From NCBI GenBank assembly GCA_049852185.1, contig CP187540.1: a stretch of DNA of 64,000 bases; one strand, given 5' to 3'. The number at the start of each line of letters is the position of its first letter. Position 1 is the first letter of the stretch. This stretch comes from Methanocaldococcus sp. 28A. GTDB lineage: Archaea; AGJL01; Methanococci; Methanococcales; Methanocaldococcaceae. Below the pieces are notes generated by a model, which had not been told where the DNA came from, searched no databases, and saw only the letters and a program-made list of their open reading frames with translations. Shown one piece after another: positions 33,222-44,280 of the stretch. The position numbers and the translations under genes are program-made.

Positions 33222-33335
33222 TATAGTTGTGTGCAAAATAAAATAAACTTTTATAAGGACAATTTGAATGCCTTCCTTATGGAAGGCATTCTTTAGTTCC
33301 TTATTTTATTTAAGATAGTTTTGCACACAACTATA
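33222..33335. repeat. Palindromic intergenic repeat, family A
   Basis: TIR TATAGTTGTGTGCAAAA / TTTTGCACACAACTATA; inner GAATGCCTTCC-TTAT-GGAAGGCATTC. Confidence 0.92.
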
Positions 33336-33373
33336 AATAAGACGTGTCCTATTAAAAATCTACAGGTGAGAAA

Positions 33374-33517
33374 ATGCCATTTGAAGAAGCAATAAAAAGA
33401 TTATTTATGAAAAAGATTTGCATGAGGTGTAATGCAAGAAATCCATGGAAAGCTACAAAATGTAGAAAGTGTGGATACAAAGGTTTAAGGCCAAAAGCAA
33501 AAGAACCAAGAGGATAA
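33374..33517 (+). CDS. rpl40e: 50S ribosomal protein L40e (47 aa; below ORF-track cutoff)
   Basis: Manual translation [47 protein letters not shown]; GGTGA SD. Confidence 0.95.
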   Translation: MPFEEAIKRLFMKKICMRCNARNPWKATKCRKCGYKGLRPKAKEPRG

Positions 33518-33581
33518 ACGAGCTATTGTTTTTCTATTTTATTATTTCTCATTAATAGGCTTTGATTTTTTCTTTTTATCT

Positions 33582-34226
33582 TTAAGAAAACATGATTTTG
33601 GCTATTTTAAATGTTATAGTTCCTTCAATAATTCCAGCAACTATAAATAGTATTATAGAAAGGATTAACAACTTTAAAGATTCTTTTATATAATATAAAA
33701 CGTCTCTTTTAGTCCCAAATTTGAAGTTTATTAAAAAATTAATCAATCCGATGTTAAATAAAACTCCACTTGATGCTGAAAGTATTAGAGCTGGGATTTC
33801 AATAATTCCATGTGGTAAAACTAAGTAGATAAAGCTTTTAATTCCAAATTTATAAAGCACATATGATAATATATAAGAATTAACTGCAATGACAAATAAG
33901 GACAAAACTCCAAGAATATAATCCAACATACAAACAGTTAGGTTATTTTCCCAAATAGCTAATATTATTGTTATACTGCTATCATTTAATGAAATTTTTA
34001 GATTTTCAACATGTTTTTGAAAATTTTGAAATATTATATATCCTAAATATGAGAAATATTTTACATTAGCAATCAAAATATACGATATTGCAAAAGATAA
34101 AATAAAAATTACACTGACAAATAAAACAACTTTTTTATTTCTTATAGGGCTTTTTAGAATTTCTTTTAAATCAAATATCTCCTTCAATGCATCTATTAAT
34201 ACCATCATTAAATAAGCATCTCTCAT
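33582..34226 (-). CDS. SpoIIM/DUF95-family membrane protein
   Basis: IWENN, LPHGIIEIPA, AGIIEG motifs. Confidence 0.85.
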   Translation of the reverse strand: MRDAYLMMVLIDALKEIFDLKEILKSPIRNKKVVLFVSVIFILSFAISYILIANVKYFSYLGYIIFQNFQKHVENLKISLNDSSITIILAIWENNLTVCMLDYILGVLSLFVIAVNSYILSYVLYKFGIKSFIYLVLPHGIIEIPALILSASSGVLFNIGLINFLINFKFGTKRDVLYYIKESLKLLILSIILFIVAGIIEGTITFKIAKIMFS

Positions 34227-34228
34227 AA

Positions 34229-35446
34229 TTATCTCCCGAGCTCCTGGTGAGCTTTTCCTAAATGACCTGCCGCTAAAGCACCTAATAAAGATAACTCTCC
34301 TGCTAACACAGCCCCTCCAATAATTTCAGCAAATTTTAAAGCTTTATTATCTCCATAACACCCAAGCATCTCTAAGCACTCTTTCTGTGTCTCAACCCTT
34401 GTCCCTCCACCAACAGTTCCTATTGGAACATCTGGTAATGTTACAGAGAAGTATAATCCATCATCTTCGACCTCTGCCATAGTAATTCCTAAACTACCCT
34501 CAACTATTTGAGCTTCGTCTTGTCCAGTAGCTAAGAATATAGCTCCAATAATATTTGCATAATGAGCATTGAAGCCCATGCTGTTGCTTATTGCTGAGCC
34601 TATATAATTTTTTAATCTATTTACTTCAGCAATTGCTTCAGAAGTGGTTTTTAAATATTTATTAACCTCTTTTTCCTCTAAATAAATCTCTGCTATAATT
34701 GATTTTCCTCTTCCATTAATTAGATTCATCCCACTTGGTTTTTTGTCAACGCAGGCGTTTCCACTAACAGCAACGGTTTTAACAAATATACCTTCTTTTT
34801 TTAATTCTTCCTCTATAAAATTGCAAGCCTTTTCTGTAGCAATTGTAACCATATTCATGCCCATAGCATCTCCAGTCTTAAATACAAATCTTGGATATAA
34901 GTTTCTTCCAACGATTAAAATAGGCTCTATTTTTATTAATTTTCCATGCCTTGTTGTTGATTCAGCAACTTCCTTTATCTTTTCAAAGTTTTCTTTAATC
35001 CAATCTCTAACTTTTATTGCATCTACAACACTTTTTGTTTTTAAGCAAGGGGCTCTTGTCATCTTATCATCTATAACCCTAACAGTAGCTCCCCCACATT
35101 TTGTTATTATTGAGCAACCTCTATTTACTGAAGCTACTAAAGCCCCTTCAGTTGTAGCCAATGGAATATAAAACTCTCCTTTAGCATATTCTCCATTAAT
35201 TTTTAAAGGCCCTGCAAATCCAAGAGGGATTTGTATTGCTCCAATCATATTTTCTATATTCTTTTTCATAGCCATTTCTTCATCTATTGAGTAATTGCAA
35301 ATATGTTTAAACTCTATCCCTATTTTTTTTTCAATAAATTTTTTCCTAATTTCAGTGGCTATTTTTGAATTATATAGTTTATCTAATTGATAGGGCTTTA
35401 TTTCTCCATTTATCATTTTTTCAATTATTTCATTATAATTTTCCAT
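34229..35446 (-). CDS. hmgA: HMG-CoA reductase (NADPH, class I)
   Basis: ENMIG, ATTEGALVAS, GDAMGMNM, GNACVDKK, GTVGGGT. Confidence 0.96.
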   Translation of the reverse strand: MENYNEIIEKMINGEIKPYQLDKLYNSKIATEIRKKFIEKKIGIEFKHICNYSIDEEMAMKKNIENMIGAIQIPLGFAGPLKINGEYAKGEFYIPLATTEGALVASVNRGCSIITKCGGATVRVIDDKMTRAPCLKTKSVVDAIKVRDWIKENFEKIKEVAESTTRHGKLIKIEPILIVGRNLYPRFVFKTGDAMGMNMVTIATEKACNFIEEELKKEGIFVKTVAVSGNACVDKKPSGMNLINGRGKSIIAEIYLEEKEVNKYLKTTSEAIAEVNRLKNYIGSAISNSMGFNAHYANIIGAIFLATGQDEAQIVEGSLGITMAEVEDDGLYFSVTLPDVPIGTVGGGTRVETQKECLEMLGCYGDNKALKFAEIIGGAVLAGELSLLGALAAGHLGKAHQELGR

Positions 35447-35477
35447 TATACCACCAAAAAATTTATTTAATTGTTAT

Positions 35478-36158
35478 TTAGCCACCAAATTTATTAATAA
35501 TCTCTTCCAAATCTAAAACTCCTTTATGTATTGCCGTTGCTATTAAAACTCCATCAACTCCTAATTTATAGCATAGCTCAATATCATTAATATCTTTAAT
35601 TCCGCCACCAACATACACTGGATTATTTGTTTTCTCTAAAATACATTTTATAAGTTCTACATTAACACCTTTTTGAGTTCCAACTGAAGAGATATCTAAG
35701 ATTATTAATGGTGTGTCTTTTTTAACATAAGTTAAAATCTCATCTAATGAATAATTTAAGAGTTCTCCATTTTTAAAATCTAAACTAACAACTATATCTT
35801 TTTCTTTAAGTAATTCAATATCCTTTAAGGTTTCTGTTGCCACTATTGCTTTATCATCTTTATTTAAAAATTTTTTGATATTCTCTAAGTCCTCTTTTTT
35901 CTTTATCCCAATATCAACAATTTTATTTACAAAATCTATTTTTTTTATAATTTCAAAATTATTCCCATTTCCCATTATAGAGTTTAAGTCAGCAATATAG
36001 ATAGTTTCAGCCCCTCTTTCTTTATAAGCCATTACTACATCAAATGGATTTGATGAATTGCAAATAACGGATTTTAATGGCTTATATTCCTCTCTATTCC
36101 CACTCTTTCCATGCACAGCTATTTTATCTTTTAAATCAATAACTGGAATTATTCTCAT
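35478..36158 (-). CDS. HisA/HisF-related TIM-barrel protein
   Basis: IIPVIDLK, YIADLNSI, VSLDFK, YVGGGI, ATAIHKG. Confidence 0.82.
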   Translation of the reverse strand: MRIIPVIDLKDKIAVHGKSGNREEYKPLKSVICNSSNPFDVVMAYKERGAETIYIADLNSIMGNGNNFEIIKKIDFVNKIVDIGIKKKEDLENIKKFLNKDDKAIVATETLKDIELLKEKDIVVSLDFKNGELLNYSLDEILTYVKKDTPLIILDISSVGTQKGVNVELIKCILEKTNNPVYVGGGIKDINDIELCYKLGVDGVLIATAIHKGVLDLEEIINKFGG

Positions 36159-36233
36159 ATTTTCACCAATATGAAAGATTTAAATCCAAGATAATGGTTT
36201 AAATTTAAATAAAATTCAAAATGGTGAAGACAA

Positions 36234-36713
36234 ATGAATATTAGTTTTATAGGCTTAACTGCCTTAGTATTAATTTTTGGATGCATATTTATCTTTTTTT
36301 TAAATATACTATTTAAAAAAATGGTTGGTGTTGATAATGGATTTAAAGAATTGTTTGGTTTATATAAAGCCATTAAAGAGATTGAAATTAGGAGAGTTGT
36401 TATAACATTGGTTAGTTTAGTTATAACAATACTTTTTATTAAACTTTTAAACATAAAATTAACTGTAATTAATGTTTTTATTTTATTTTTAGTTATTAAA
36501 ACTCTCATTGAGGTTATCATTTATAAAAAACTACCTTTTGATAAACATAACTGGTTATTTTTGTTAACATTTGGTTTTATTATAGTTTGGATGTATTTTG
36601 CTGGATATATTTTAGGTTATTTAGGAGTAGATTCAGTAAATGTTGTAAATGTTTTAGTATTTCTTATGCCAATAATCTTATTGCTTTTTATCGCTGTATT
36701 TGTTGAGTTTTAA
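36234..36713 (+). CDS. Hypothetical membrane protein
   Basis: 159 aa with several hydrophobic segments; GGTGA SD. Confidence 0.65.
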   Translation: MNISFIGLTALVLIFGCIFIFFLNILFKKMVGVDNGFKELFGLYKAIKEIEIRRVVITLVSLVITILFIKLLNIKLTVINVFILFLVIKTLIEVIIYKKLPFDKHNWLFLLTFGFIIVWMYFAGYILGYLGVDSVNVVNVLVFLMPIILLLFIAVFVEF

Positions 36714-36734
36714 ATATTTATCATAAACTAAAAA

Positions 36735-36848
36735 TATAGTTGTGTGCAAAACTATCTTAAATAAAATAAGGAATTAGTGAATGCCTTCCATAAGGAAGGC
36801 ATTCAAATTGTCCTTATAAAAGTTTATTTTATTTTGCACACAACTATA
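36735..36848. repeat. Palindromic intergenic repeat, family A
   Basis: Near reverse complement of the 33222 copy. Confidence 0.92.
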
Positions 36849-36882
36849 AAAAACCTTCATCGTGATATATAAAAAATAATAT

Positions 36883-38664
36883 TTAATATCTAACTTCTAA
36901 AATTCCTCTATCCCATTCTAAATAATGCCCCTTCTCTCCAACCTTAGCCATGTTTATTATTGGAACTATTGCAGGAGTTGGAGAAATCCCCATCCTCTTC
37001 TGGAAATCTGTTTGCTCTTGGAATGTTCCACTATTTACTAAAATAACTCCTCTATAAATCCCATAACCATTGATGTGTATATGTCCAGTGTGTAAAATAT
37101 CAATATCTCTATCTATAACTAAGTAATCTTTATGTTCTGGAGCTATTGGACATCTTCCTCCATAAGTTGGACATAACAACCTCCTTTTTATTAACTCTCT
37201 CATAATAGTTACTGGATTTTCATAATTTGCAGTTCTAATTTGCCCAACTAAGTCGTCAAAGCTTCTACCGTGATATAATAAAGTATCAAAGCCATGAATA
37301 TTAACAACACACGGATTTCCAACGAAGTAAATATTATCTCTATTAAATAGTTTTATTATTTTCTCTGGCAGTTTTGGTTGAGGTTCTGCAGGTCTGACAG
37401 CATCGTGGTTGCCAGGTGAGATTATTATATGTATATGCTCTGGAATCTGCTCTAAATACATAGCTATCTCTCTATACTGCTCAATAACATCTACTTCATA
37501 TAAATCCTCTTCTTGTCCAGGATAAACTCCTACACCATCAACCAAATCTCCAGCAATGCAAATATATTTTAATCTACTAACTACTCTTTCCTCTAATTCA
37601 TTATCAACATCTCCATTTAAAAATCTAACAAACTTCTCAAACTCTTTATGTAAAAACTCCTTACTTCCAACGTGAATATCTGATAAAAATGCCATGTATA
37701 TTTCTTCATCTATTCTTCTCGGTTCTTTTGGTGAAAATGCAGGTCTTATAATTTCATCAACGTATATTGAGCTTCCAGATTTGCTAACAACTCCAATAGC
37801 TCCAATAACTTCATCCAATAATATATCATCTGGCAACTCTCTACTGTCTATTTTTTCTTTTGGTAAAATTAATGTTATCTCATCTTCAGTATCTTCAATT
37901 CTAACTATTAAATTACCATTTTTTGAGGTATCAACATCACTAACAATTCCAACAACAAAAATATCTTTCTGTCCTTTCATTTTCTTTATATCTTTTAAAG
38001 GATATCCCTTTCTTTGAGCCTTTCTTTCAATAAATACTCTTAATCTCTCAAATCTGTCTCTAAAGTATTTAACAAAATCCTCAATAGTACCAGTGCATGT
38101 AGATTTTCCAGAAACATCTGAATCGTCATATATCTCTATTATAGCGTCAATATCCTTGGCTATCCATTTTATTCTGCTATTTACACTTTCTCTTATTTTT
38201 GTTATGTGTTCATATCTTTTAGCTCTCTCAGCATTAAAATCTTCTTTTTTCTCTTCTTTGGAAATTAGTTGTTTTAATTTCTCTTCAACATCTTCCTCAG
38301 ATTTTTTTACAAATTGTTCTTTTTCTTCTTTCTTAACAAATTCTATTTTTTCTACGTCTTCTTTAATTTTTTCTCCAATTTTTTCTTCTACTTCTTCAAC
38401 TTTTTCTACTTTTTCTTCTTCTCCAGTGTAGTAAAATATGAAGTCAAAATCCTTGTATTCATCTATTATTTTATTTAAATCTTTTTGTAAAAAAATTTCT
38501 AAGAACTTCTCATCCAACAAAATAAAGCTATTATTATATTTTTTAAATTCTCTAATTTTTTCAATTAAATTGTTAATTTCACTTTCATTAAAATTTTTCA
38601 ACTTTTCATAAACCGTTGGGGATAATAAAACTTCAATATCTAAAAATTTATTTATTATTTCCAT
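36883..38664 (-). CDS. polB: DNA polymerase II (PolD) small subunit DP1, proofreading exonuclease
   Basis: SDIHVGS, GDLVDGVGVYPGQ, PGNHD, YHGRS, HTGHIH, NSGTFQ. Confidence 0.96.
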   Translation of the reverse strand: MEIINKFLDIEVLLSPTVYEKLKNFNESEINNLIEKIREFKKYNNSFILLDEKFLEIFLQKDLNKIIDEYKDFDFIFYYTGEEEKVEKVEEVEEKIGEKIKEDVEKIEFVKKEEKEQFVKKSEEDVEEKLKQLISKEEKKEDFNAERAKRYEHITKIRESVNSRIKWIAKDIDAIIEIYDDSDVSGKSTCTGTIEDFVKYFRDRFERLRVFIERKAQRKGYPLKDIKKMKGQKDIFVVGIVSDVDTSKNGNLIVRIEDTEDEITLILPKEKIDSRELPDDILLDEVIGAIGVVSKSGSSIYVDEIIRPAFSPKEPRRIDEEIYMAFLSDIHVGSKEFLHKEFEKFVRFLNGDVDNELEERVVSRLKYICIAGDLVDGVGVYPGQEEDLYEVDVIEQYREIAMYLEQIPEHIHIIISPGNHDAVRPAEPQPKLPEKIIKLFNRDNIYFVGNPCVVNIHGFDTLLYHGRSFDDLVGQIRTANYENPVTIMRELIKRRLLCPTYGGRCPIAPEHKDYLVIDRDIDILHTGHIHINGYGIYRGVILVNSGTFQEQTDFQKRMGISPTPAIVPIINMAKVGEKGHYLEWDRGILEVRY

Positions 38665-39748
38665 TTTTATCCTCCTTCTTCACCTTCTTAAATCTCTCCT
38701 TTTTTAAATTTTTATTTATATTATAGCAAAGATAATCTAAAGGATGTATGATAAATTTTTTCTTACAAATCTCATCTGGTTTGCAGTAATAACTTAGTCC
38801 CTTCCCTCCATCAGATTGCCAGTTTTTGCAGTATTCACAGTGTGTCAACCTTTTATGTCCTACTTTATAACCAATATTGTGCATAATATAATACCTTGTC
38901 TTCTTCTCATCAAAATCCTCAACATTTTTAAAAATCATCTCAATAAGTTCATCTATAAATCTCTCAATTTCTTCTTCACTTGCTATATCTGTAGCTGAGA
39001 TATTTACCAAATTTCCATTTTTATCTAAAGGTCTTAGATTAGGATTAAATTTAGCACAGAACCAATAAACTACAAAGCTCCTCCTTGCATAATGTGATGG
39101 AGAGCCTCCACTCAAAATATCATTTAAAATTCCTCTTATACATGGTGGATGCCATTCTAACGGGATGTTTCCTTTATAGTTTAATGCTTTAATTCCCTCT
39201 ATTTGTTCATATTTAACCTTATCTTTTAGGTAGTTGTTAATCTCATTTAGTAAGTTCTCTATAATTTCTTCTTCAGGAAGTTTTGCTTTTTTAGCTAAAT
39301 CTCCGAGATGTTTTAATTCAACTCTAATAAATTCTCTTGCGTAAATTTCTTTAATTTCAGTTATATCAACATATCCATTTTTTAGGTCTAATCTCTCTAA
39401 GTGTAAATCATTATTTCTTGCCTTTGAAGCTGTTTTTATAAATTCCCAGACAGAAATTTTGTTTGGCAGCTCTTTCAATATATCAGATTTTTTTATTTCG
39501 GAATATTTTTTTATAAACGAGTTAAAATAATTAGTATGAGATAGTAAAATTATTAAAAGATAATCAATTAAGGCGTCTAACTTTTTTTTATCTATATTAA
39601 CCAATTTTGAATATTCCCCTAAATCTTTCTCATACTCTTTATTTTTTTCATAGATATATCTTAACTTTGATAGTATTAAATTTCTATATCTTTTTAAAGA
39701 TTCCAAAAAATCAATATACTTAAATTCATCTAAATATTCTAAAAGCAT
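38648..39748 (-). CDS. priL: DNA primase large subunit
   Basis: HPPCI, PSHYAR, DFDEKKTRY, C-terminal Cys cluster and HPLDY; overlaps the DP1 start. Confidence 0.8.
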   Translation of the reverse strand: MLLEYLDEFKYIDFLESLKRYRNLILSKLRYIYEKNKEYEKDLGEYSKLVNIDKKKLDALIDYLLIILLSHTNYFNSFIKKYSEIKKSDILKELPNKISVWEFIKTASKARNNDLHLERLDLKNGYVDITEIKEIYAREFIRVELKHLGDLAKKAKLPEEEIIENLLNEINNYLKDKVKYEQIEGIKALNYKGNIPLEWHPPCIRGILNDILSGGSPSHYARRSFVVYWFCAKFNPNLRPLDKNGNLVNISATDIASEEEIERFIDELIEMIFKNVEDFDEKKTRYYIMHNIGYKVGHKRLTHCEYCKNWQSDGGKGLSYYCKPDEICKKKFIIHPLDYLCYNINKNLKKERFKKVKKEDKNGNNK

Positions 39749-39753
39749 AATAA

Positions 39754-40728
39754 TCACGTGTTTTTAAAGTTGTTTTCTGATTCAATAACAGCTTTAATGT
39801 GAGGATATGCCAATTTTACATCATTTTCTCTATTAACATTTTCTAAGATTCTTTTATAAATTTCAGTTTTTACTACTGCTTTATCATAAACGTTTACCAA
39901 ATAATGAGCATTTACATAAAAAGAACTTCTTGTTATACCTATTCTAATTAATGGCTTATCAAATAATCTTTTTGAAGTTAGATACTTCCTCTTAGACCAT
40001 TTTTCATAAAGCTTTCTCATCAAATCTCCAACAACTTCACTAACAGATTCAAAAACTATTTTTTCAGCTTTATTTACATTACTGTTTAGTGTGAAATGCA
40101 CAGTAACAGTGTCCCAAATGTATGGTGTTCCTTTTGTAAGGTTTTTTATTGAGGATGTAAATATATATGAATTTGGAAGAATTAATACACTTCCCGTAGG
40201 ATTAAAATTTTCAGGAGTTAATTCACTTAAGTAGATGTGCTGAGTGTCAATATCAAATACATCACCAGCTCCAACACCTTTAATAAAAATTATATCCCCA
40301 ATTTTTATTGTTCTTGTATATAAGATGATAATCCATCCAGCAAAGTTTAAAATGGGTCTTTGTAAAGCGTAAGTTATTGCCGCCCCAATTAAACCTACTG
40401 AGACTACTAAAGAGGAAACATTTTGATAGAGAACTCCAAAAATCATCAAAGCTACACAAACATAGACGAGATATTTAAAGATATAGTTTAGAGTTAAATA
40501 TTCACCAGCTTTTTCTTCCCTTTCCCCAGCATATTTTCTAAATATTTCAGAAGCAATATCGACAATAATAAGCCCAGATAAAATAATAATAGCAATAATC
40601 ATTATTTGATTTTGGTATTTGGTAAGTAGTTCAATATATGTTTCTAAATTAAAAACTGATATAAGGCTGTGTAATAAAATTATTAATAATACAATCTTTA
40701 TTCCTAATTTTATTCTGTTATCAATCAT
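39754..40728 (-). CDS. MscS-family mechanosensitive channel
   Basis: [31 protein letters not shown]; start set to ATG 40728 (MIDNRIK) behind AGAGGT. Confidence 0.88.
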   Translation of the reverse strand: MIDNRIKLGIKIVLLIILLHSLISVFNLETYIELLTKYQNQIMIIAIIILSGLIIVDIASEIFRKYAGEREEKAGEYLTLNYIFKYLVYVCVALMIFGVLYQNVSSLVVSVGLIGAAITYALQRPILNFAGWIIILYTRTIKIGDIIFIKGVGAGDVFDIDTQHIYLSELTPENFNPTGSVLILPNSYIFTSSIKNLTKGTPYIWDTVTVHFTLNSNVNKAEKIVFESVSEVVGDLMRKLYEKWSKRKYLTSKRLFDKPLIRIGITRSSFYVNAHYLVNVYDKAVVKTEIYKRILENVNRENDVKLAYPHIKAVIESENNFKNT

Positions 40729-40750
40729 AAATAAACCTCTATTGGTGATT

Positions 40751-41866
40751 TTGTTGTTACTAAAAGGTAAATTTTTATATGGGGAAGATTTTGAGCTGAG
40801 AGAGGGAGTTTTGGCTATTGAAGATGGCATTATTAAAGGCTTTACAAATGAGCATAGTGGTGAGATTGTTGAGTTTAAAGGATTAATTATACCTCCCTTA
40901 ATAAATGCCCATACACACATAGCGGATAATAGTATAAAGGATATTGGCATTAATAAAACTTTGGATGAGTTAGTTAAACCTCCAAATGGTTTAAAGCATA
41001 GATATTTGGCTGAATGTGATGATGAAATTTTAATTGAGGGCATGAAACTTGGTTTAGAAGATATGGGAGAGCATGGAATAAAATTTTTTTGTGATTTTAG
41101 GGAAAATGGGGTTAAAGGAATTAATTTATTAAATAAAGCTTTAGAATCTTATGATTATCCAAAAGCTATAATTTTAGGAAGACCTACAAAAATTAACAAA
41201 AATGAAATAAAAGAGGTTTTAAAAATATCTAATGGTTTAGGATTAAGTGGGGCTAATGAATTTGAAGATGATGAACTAAAATTAATTTTTAAAATCTTTA
41301 AGAGATTTAAAGAAAAAGATGATAAGAAATTATTTGCCATACACGCAGCTGAGCATAAAGGGGCTTTAAAATATAGTTTAAACAAATATGGCATGACAGA
41401 GGTTGAGAGATTAATAGATTTAGGAATAAAGCTAAATTTTATTGTTCATGGGACCCATCTCACAAATAATGATATAGAATTATTGAAGGAAAATAAGATT
41501 CCAGTTATTGCTTGTGTAAGAGCTAACTTATCATTTAATGTAGGTATGCCAAAATTAAATGAACTTAATGATAATTTATTGGTAGGAATTGGGACAGATA
41601 ACTTTATGACAAACTCTCCTTCAATATTTAAGGAAATGGATTTTATATATAAATTGTATCACATAGAGCCAAAGGATATTTTGAGAATGGCAACAATAAA
41701 CAATGCAAAGATTTTAAAGCTTGAGAATGTTGGTTTGATAGAGGAAGGTTTTAAGGCTACTTTTACTTTTATAAAACCAACAAATGCTATACTATTTTCT
41801 AAGAATATCGTTGCTTCAGTAGTTACAAGATGTGAGAAAGGGGATGTAATAAATTTTACTTTTTAA
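40751..41866 (+). CDS. Amidohydrolase family protein
   Basis: [27 protein letters not shown]; start set to TTG (40751 or 40754) behind GGTGA. Confidence 0.88.
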   Translation: MLLLKGKFLYGEDFELREGVLAIEDGIIKGFTNEHSGEIVEFKGLIIPPLINAHTHIADNSIKDIGINKTLDELVKPPNGLKHRYLAECDDEILIEGMKLGLEDMGEHGIKFFCDFRENGVKGINLLNKALESYDYPKAIILGRPTKINKNEIKEVLKISNGLGLSGANEFEDDELKLIFKIFKRFKEKDDKKLFAIHAAEHKGALKYSLNKYGMTEVERLIDLGIKLNFIVHGTHLTNNDIELLKENKIPVIACVRANLSFNVGMPKLNELNDNLLVGIGTDNFMTNSPSIFKEMDFIYKLYHIEPKDILRMATINNAKILKLENVGLIEEGFKATFTFIKPTNAILFSKNIVASVVTRCEKGDVINFTF

Positions 41867-42441
41867 ATCTTTACTTCTCCTTTAGTACTTACAATTCCCT
41901 TTCTCTCATCAAATTTTGTAGCTAAATCTAAAGCAACACCAAACGCTTTAAATAAAGCTTCAGCTTTGTGATGTTCATTCTTACCAACAACTTCATAATG
42001 GATATTTAGCATTCCATAGCTTGCCACTGATTCAAAAAAGTGATTTATATTCTCTGTTGCCAAATCTCCAACATATTCTCTCTCTGGTTTATAATTTCCC
42101 ACACAATAACATCTCCCACTTAAATCTATTGAAACCATTGCCCTTGCATCGTCCATTGGAATTATTGCCCATCCAAATCTAAAAATATTTTTTCTCTCTA
42201 TTTGGTTTAGAGCTAAGCCTAAGCAAATTCCCACATCTTCAACTGTATGGTGGTCGTCAATCTCTAAATCTCCTCTTGCTTTAACAATTAAATCAAAACA
42301 TCCATGTTTAGCAAAAGATGCTAATAAATGGTCAAAAAATGGAATTCCAGTATCTATTTTATACTTTCCAGTTCCGTCAATATTTATTTTTAAATAAACA
42401 TTTGTCTCCTTTGTTTCTCTCATTACTTCAAAAACTCTCAT
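41863..42441 (-). CDS. hisB: Imidazoleglycerol-phosphate dehydratase
   Basis: [32 protein letters not shown]; start ATG 42441. Confidence 0.96.
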   Translation of the reverse strand: MRVFEVMRETKETNVYLKINIDGTGKYKIDTGIPFFDHLLASFAKHGCFDLIVKARGDLEIDDHHTVEDVGICLGLALNQIERKNIFRFGWAIIPMDDARAMVSIDLSGRCYCVGNYKPEREYVGDLATENINHFFESVASYGMLNIHYEVVGKNEHHKAEALFKAFGVALDLATKFDERKGIVSTKGEVKI

Positions 42442-42451
42442 ACTTTCACCT

Positions 42452-43141
42452 TTAACCTTCCCAGAGACAGACAAACATGATATGGTCTTTTTCAAAAGGT
42501 TCTATATCAACTTCATCAACTACTTTAAAACCATTTTTCTCTAAAATTTCTTTTTGTTCTTTAAAAATCTCCTTAGGATTTTTTGTGACATCTATACTTC
42601 TTGCCTTTATTGCAATCATCCCATAACCTCCTTTCTTTAAAAACCATTTGGCATTTTTAATCAATATCTCTGCTTGATTAGGCTGAGCAACATCCTCATA
42701 TATAACATCTACCTTTTCAACAATATTTGCATACTCTTGAGGTTTATTAGCATCTCCTAAAATTGGGATTATGTTTTCTCTCTCAGCGCATGCATCTAAG
42801 AGCTCTCTCATAATTCTTGGAGCATATTCTACAGCATAAACAATACCTTTATCAGCAATATCTGCAACGTGAGATGGTGTTGTACCAGCTGAAGCTCCTA
42901 AGTATAGAATTTTTGAGTCTCTCTTTATTGGCATAACTTTTAAACCTTTAATTATTGCAGCAGCCAATTTACTTTTATTTGGATTCCAAATTCTGTATTC
43001 TTCATCATTAATTTTTACTATTTTTTCATCATAAACCTTCTTTCCCTTAACAATAGATCTTGTAGCTATTCTTTTTACACCATCTTCTAAATCAATCTCA
43101 TAAATGTTTTCAAAAATCTCTATAGTTTTTATATTTTCCAT
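42452..43141 (-). CDS. flpA: Fibrillarin-like rRNA/tRNA 2'-O-methyltransferase
   Basis: [39 protein letters not shown]; start ATG 43141. Confidence 0.96.
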   Translation of the reverse strand: MENIKTIEIFENIYEIDLEDGVKRIATRSIVKGKKVYDEKIVKINDEEYRIWNPNKSKLAAAIIKGLKVMPIKRDSKILYLGASAGTTPSHVADIADKGIVYAVEYAPRIMRELLDACAERENIIPILGDANKPQEYANIVEKVDVIYEDVAQPNQAEILIKNAKWFLKKGGYGMIAIKARSIDVTKNPKEIFKEQKEILEKNGFKVVDEVDIEPFEKDHIMFVCLWEG

Positions 43142-43234
43142 TTTATCACCAAAAAATAGATAATAATGCAAATATATATAATTCTGCTTCTAAACAATAG
43201 CAAAGAGTATAATAGTATAAAAGACTTTTTAATT

Positions 43235-43318
43235 GTTGTGTGCAAAACTATATTTAAATAAAATAATAAGGTATTAATGAATGCCTTCCTCATGGAAGGC
43301 ATCCAAATTATCATTATA
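43235..43318. repeat. Truncated palindromic repeat, family A
   Basis: One end GTTGTGTGCAAAACTAT plus central ATGCCTTCC-TCAT-GGAAGGCAT; second TIR missing. Confidence 0.75.
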
Positions 43319-43328
43319 TTTTTAGGAG

Positions 43329-44201
43329 ATGTTTATGGTGAATATAACAATTTTATCTCCAGAAGGTAAAAGTTGTAGTGTTTGGAATATAAAGAGAGAG
43401 ATTGAGAAATTAGGGGCTAATTGTGAAATATTTTTATTATCAAACCCAGAAACTTTAATGAGTTATGATTTTGAATTAGAGACTGATTTAATTCACTCAA
43501 GATGTGGAATAGGAGATTATGAAAATAAATTAACTCTATACTCTTGGCAATTCATAAATGCATTGGAAGTTGAGAACTGTAGATTTATAAATTCAATTAA
43601 AACACTCTACCTCACATCGGATAAATTTAAATGTATAAAATTACTTGCAAAAAATAAAATAAAAACACCAAAAACAGCGTTAATTAGAGATTATGAAGAT
43701 GCTATAAAATTCATAAAAAAATACAATTTAAAATTTCCAGTAGTTATAAAAAATTCCTTCTCAAAGTGTGGTTTGAAGGTATTTATGGCAAAAAATTTTG
43801 AAGAATTGAAAGAACTTACAAAAAATGCAATATGGGAAGGGAAGATTATTCAAGAATTTATTGATTTTAGAGAAAATGGCTTATATAAGGATATGAGAAT
43901 ATTAGTTGTTGATGGAGAGGTTGTAGGTGGATATAGGAGAGTTAGTAAAGATTTTAGAACAAACCTTTATTTGGGAAATGTCGTTGAAAGATTAAATATA
44001 GATGAAGAAGTTAAGGAGTTAGCTTTAAAATGTGCTGATTTATCTGAGGCGGTAATTTTAGGAGTAGATATTCTACCAACAAAAGATAGCTATTACGTTA
44101 TTGAGCTCAACTCTGCTCCAGGAACTAAGGGCTTTAGAGATATAGGAATAAATGCAGACAAAAAAATAGCTGAAGCTTTAGTTAGATATGCAAAATCTTA
44201 A
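43329..44201 (+). CDS. cofF: RimK-family ATP-grasp ligase, probably coenzyme F420:alpha-L-glutamate ligase
   Basis: IIQEFI, DMRILVV, FRTN, GVDIL, IELNSAPG; position before a DAC gene and hacA matches recalled MJ1001-1003 order. Confidence 0.75.
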   Translation: MFMVNITILSPEGKSCSVWNIKREIEKLGANCEIFLLSNPETLMSYDFELETDLIHSRCGIGDYENKLTLYSWQFINALEVENCRFINSIKTLYLTSDKFKCIKLLAKNKIKTPKTALIRDYEDAIKFIKKYNLKFPVVIKNSFSKCGLKVFMAKNFEELKELTKNAIWEGKIIQEFIDFRENGLYKDMRILVVDGEVVGGYRRVSKDFRTNLYLGNVVERLNIDEEVKELALKCADLSEAVILGVDILPTKDSYYVIELNSAPGTKGFRDIGINADKKIAEALVRYAKS

Positions 44202-44280
44202 AGAGATATTAAAAAATTGGATGGATTTTTAGAAATTTTGGATTATTTAAAACCAACACTATAAATTCTCATTTCCACTG

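Noticed and set aside
40729-41043. Long N-terminal extension of the MscS ORF and upstream extension of the amidohydrolase ORF
   Set aside because: Mutual antisense overlap; SD-supported starts lie at 40728 and ~40751.
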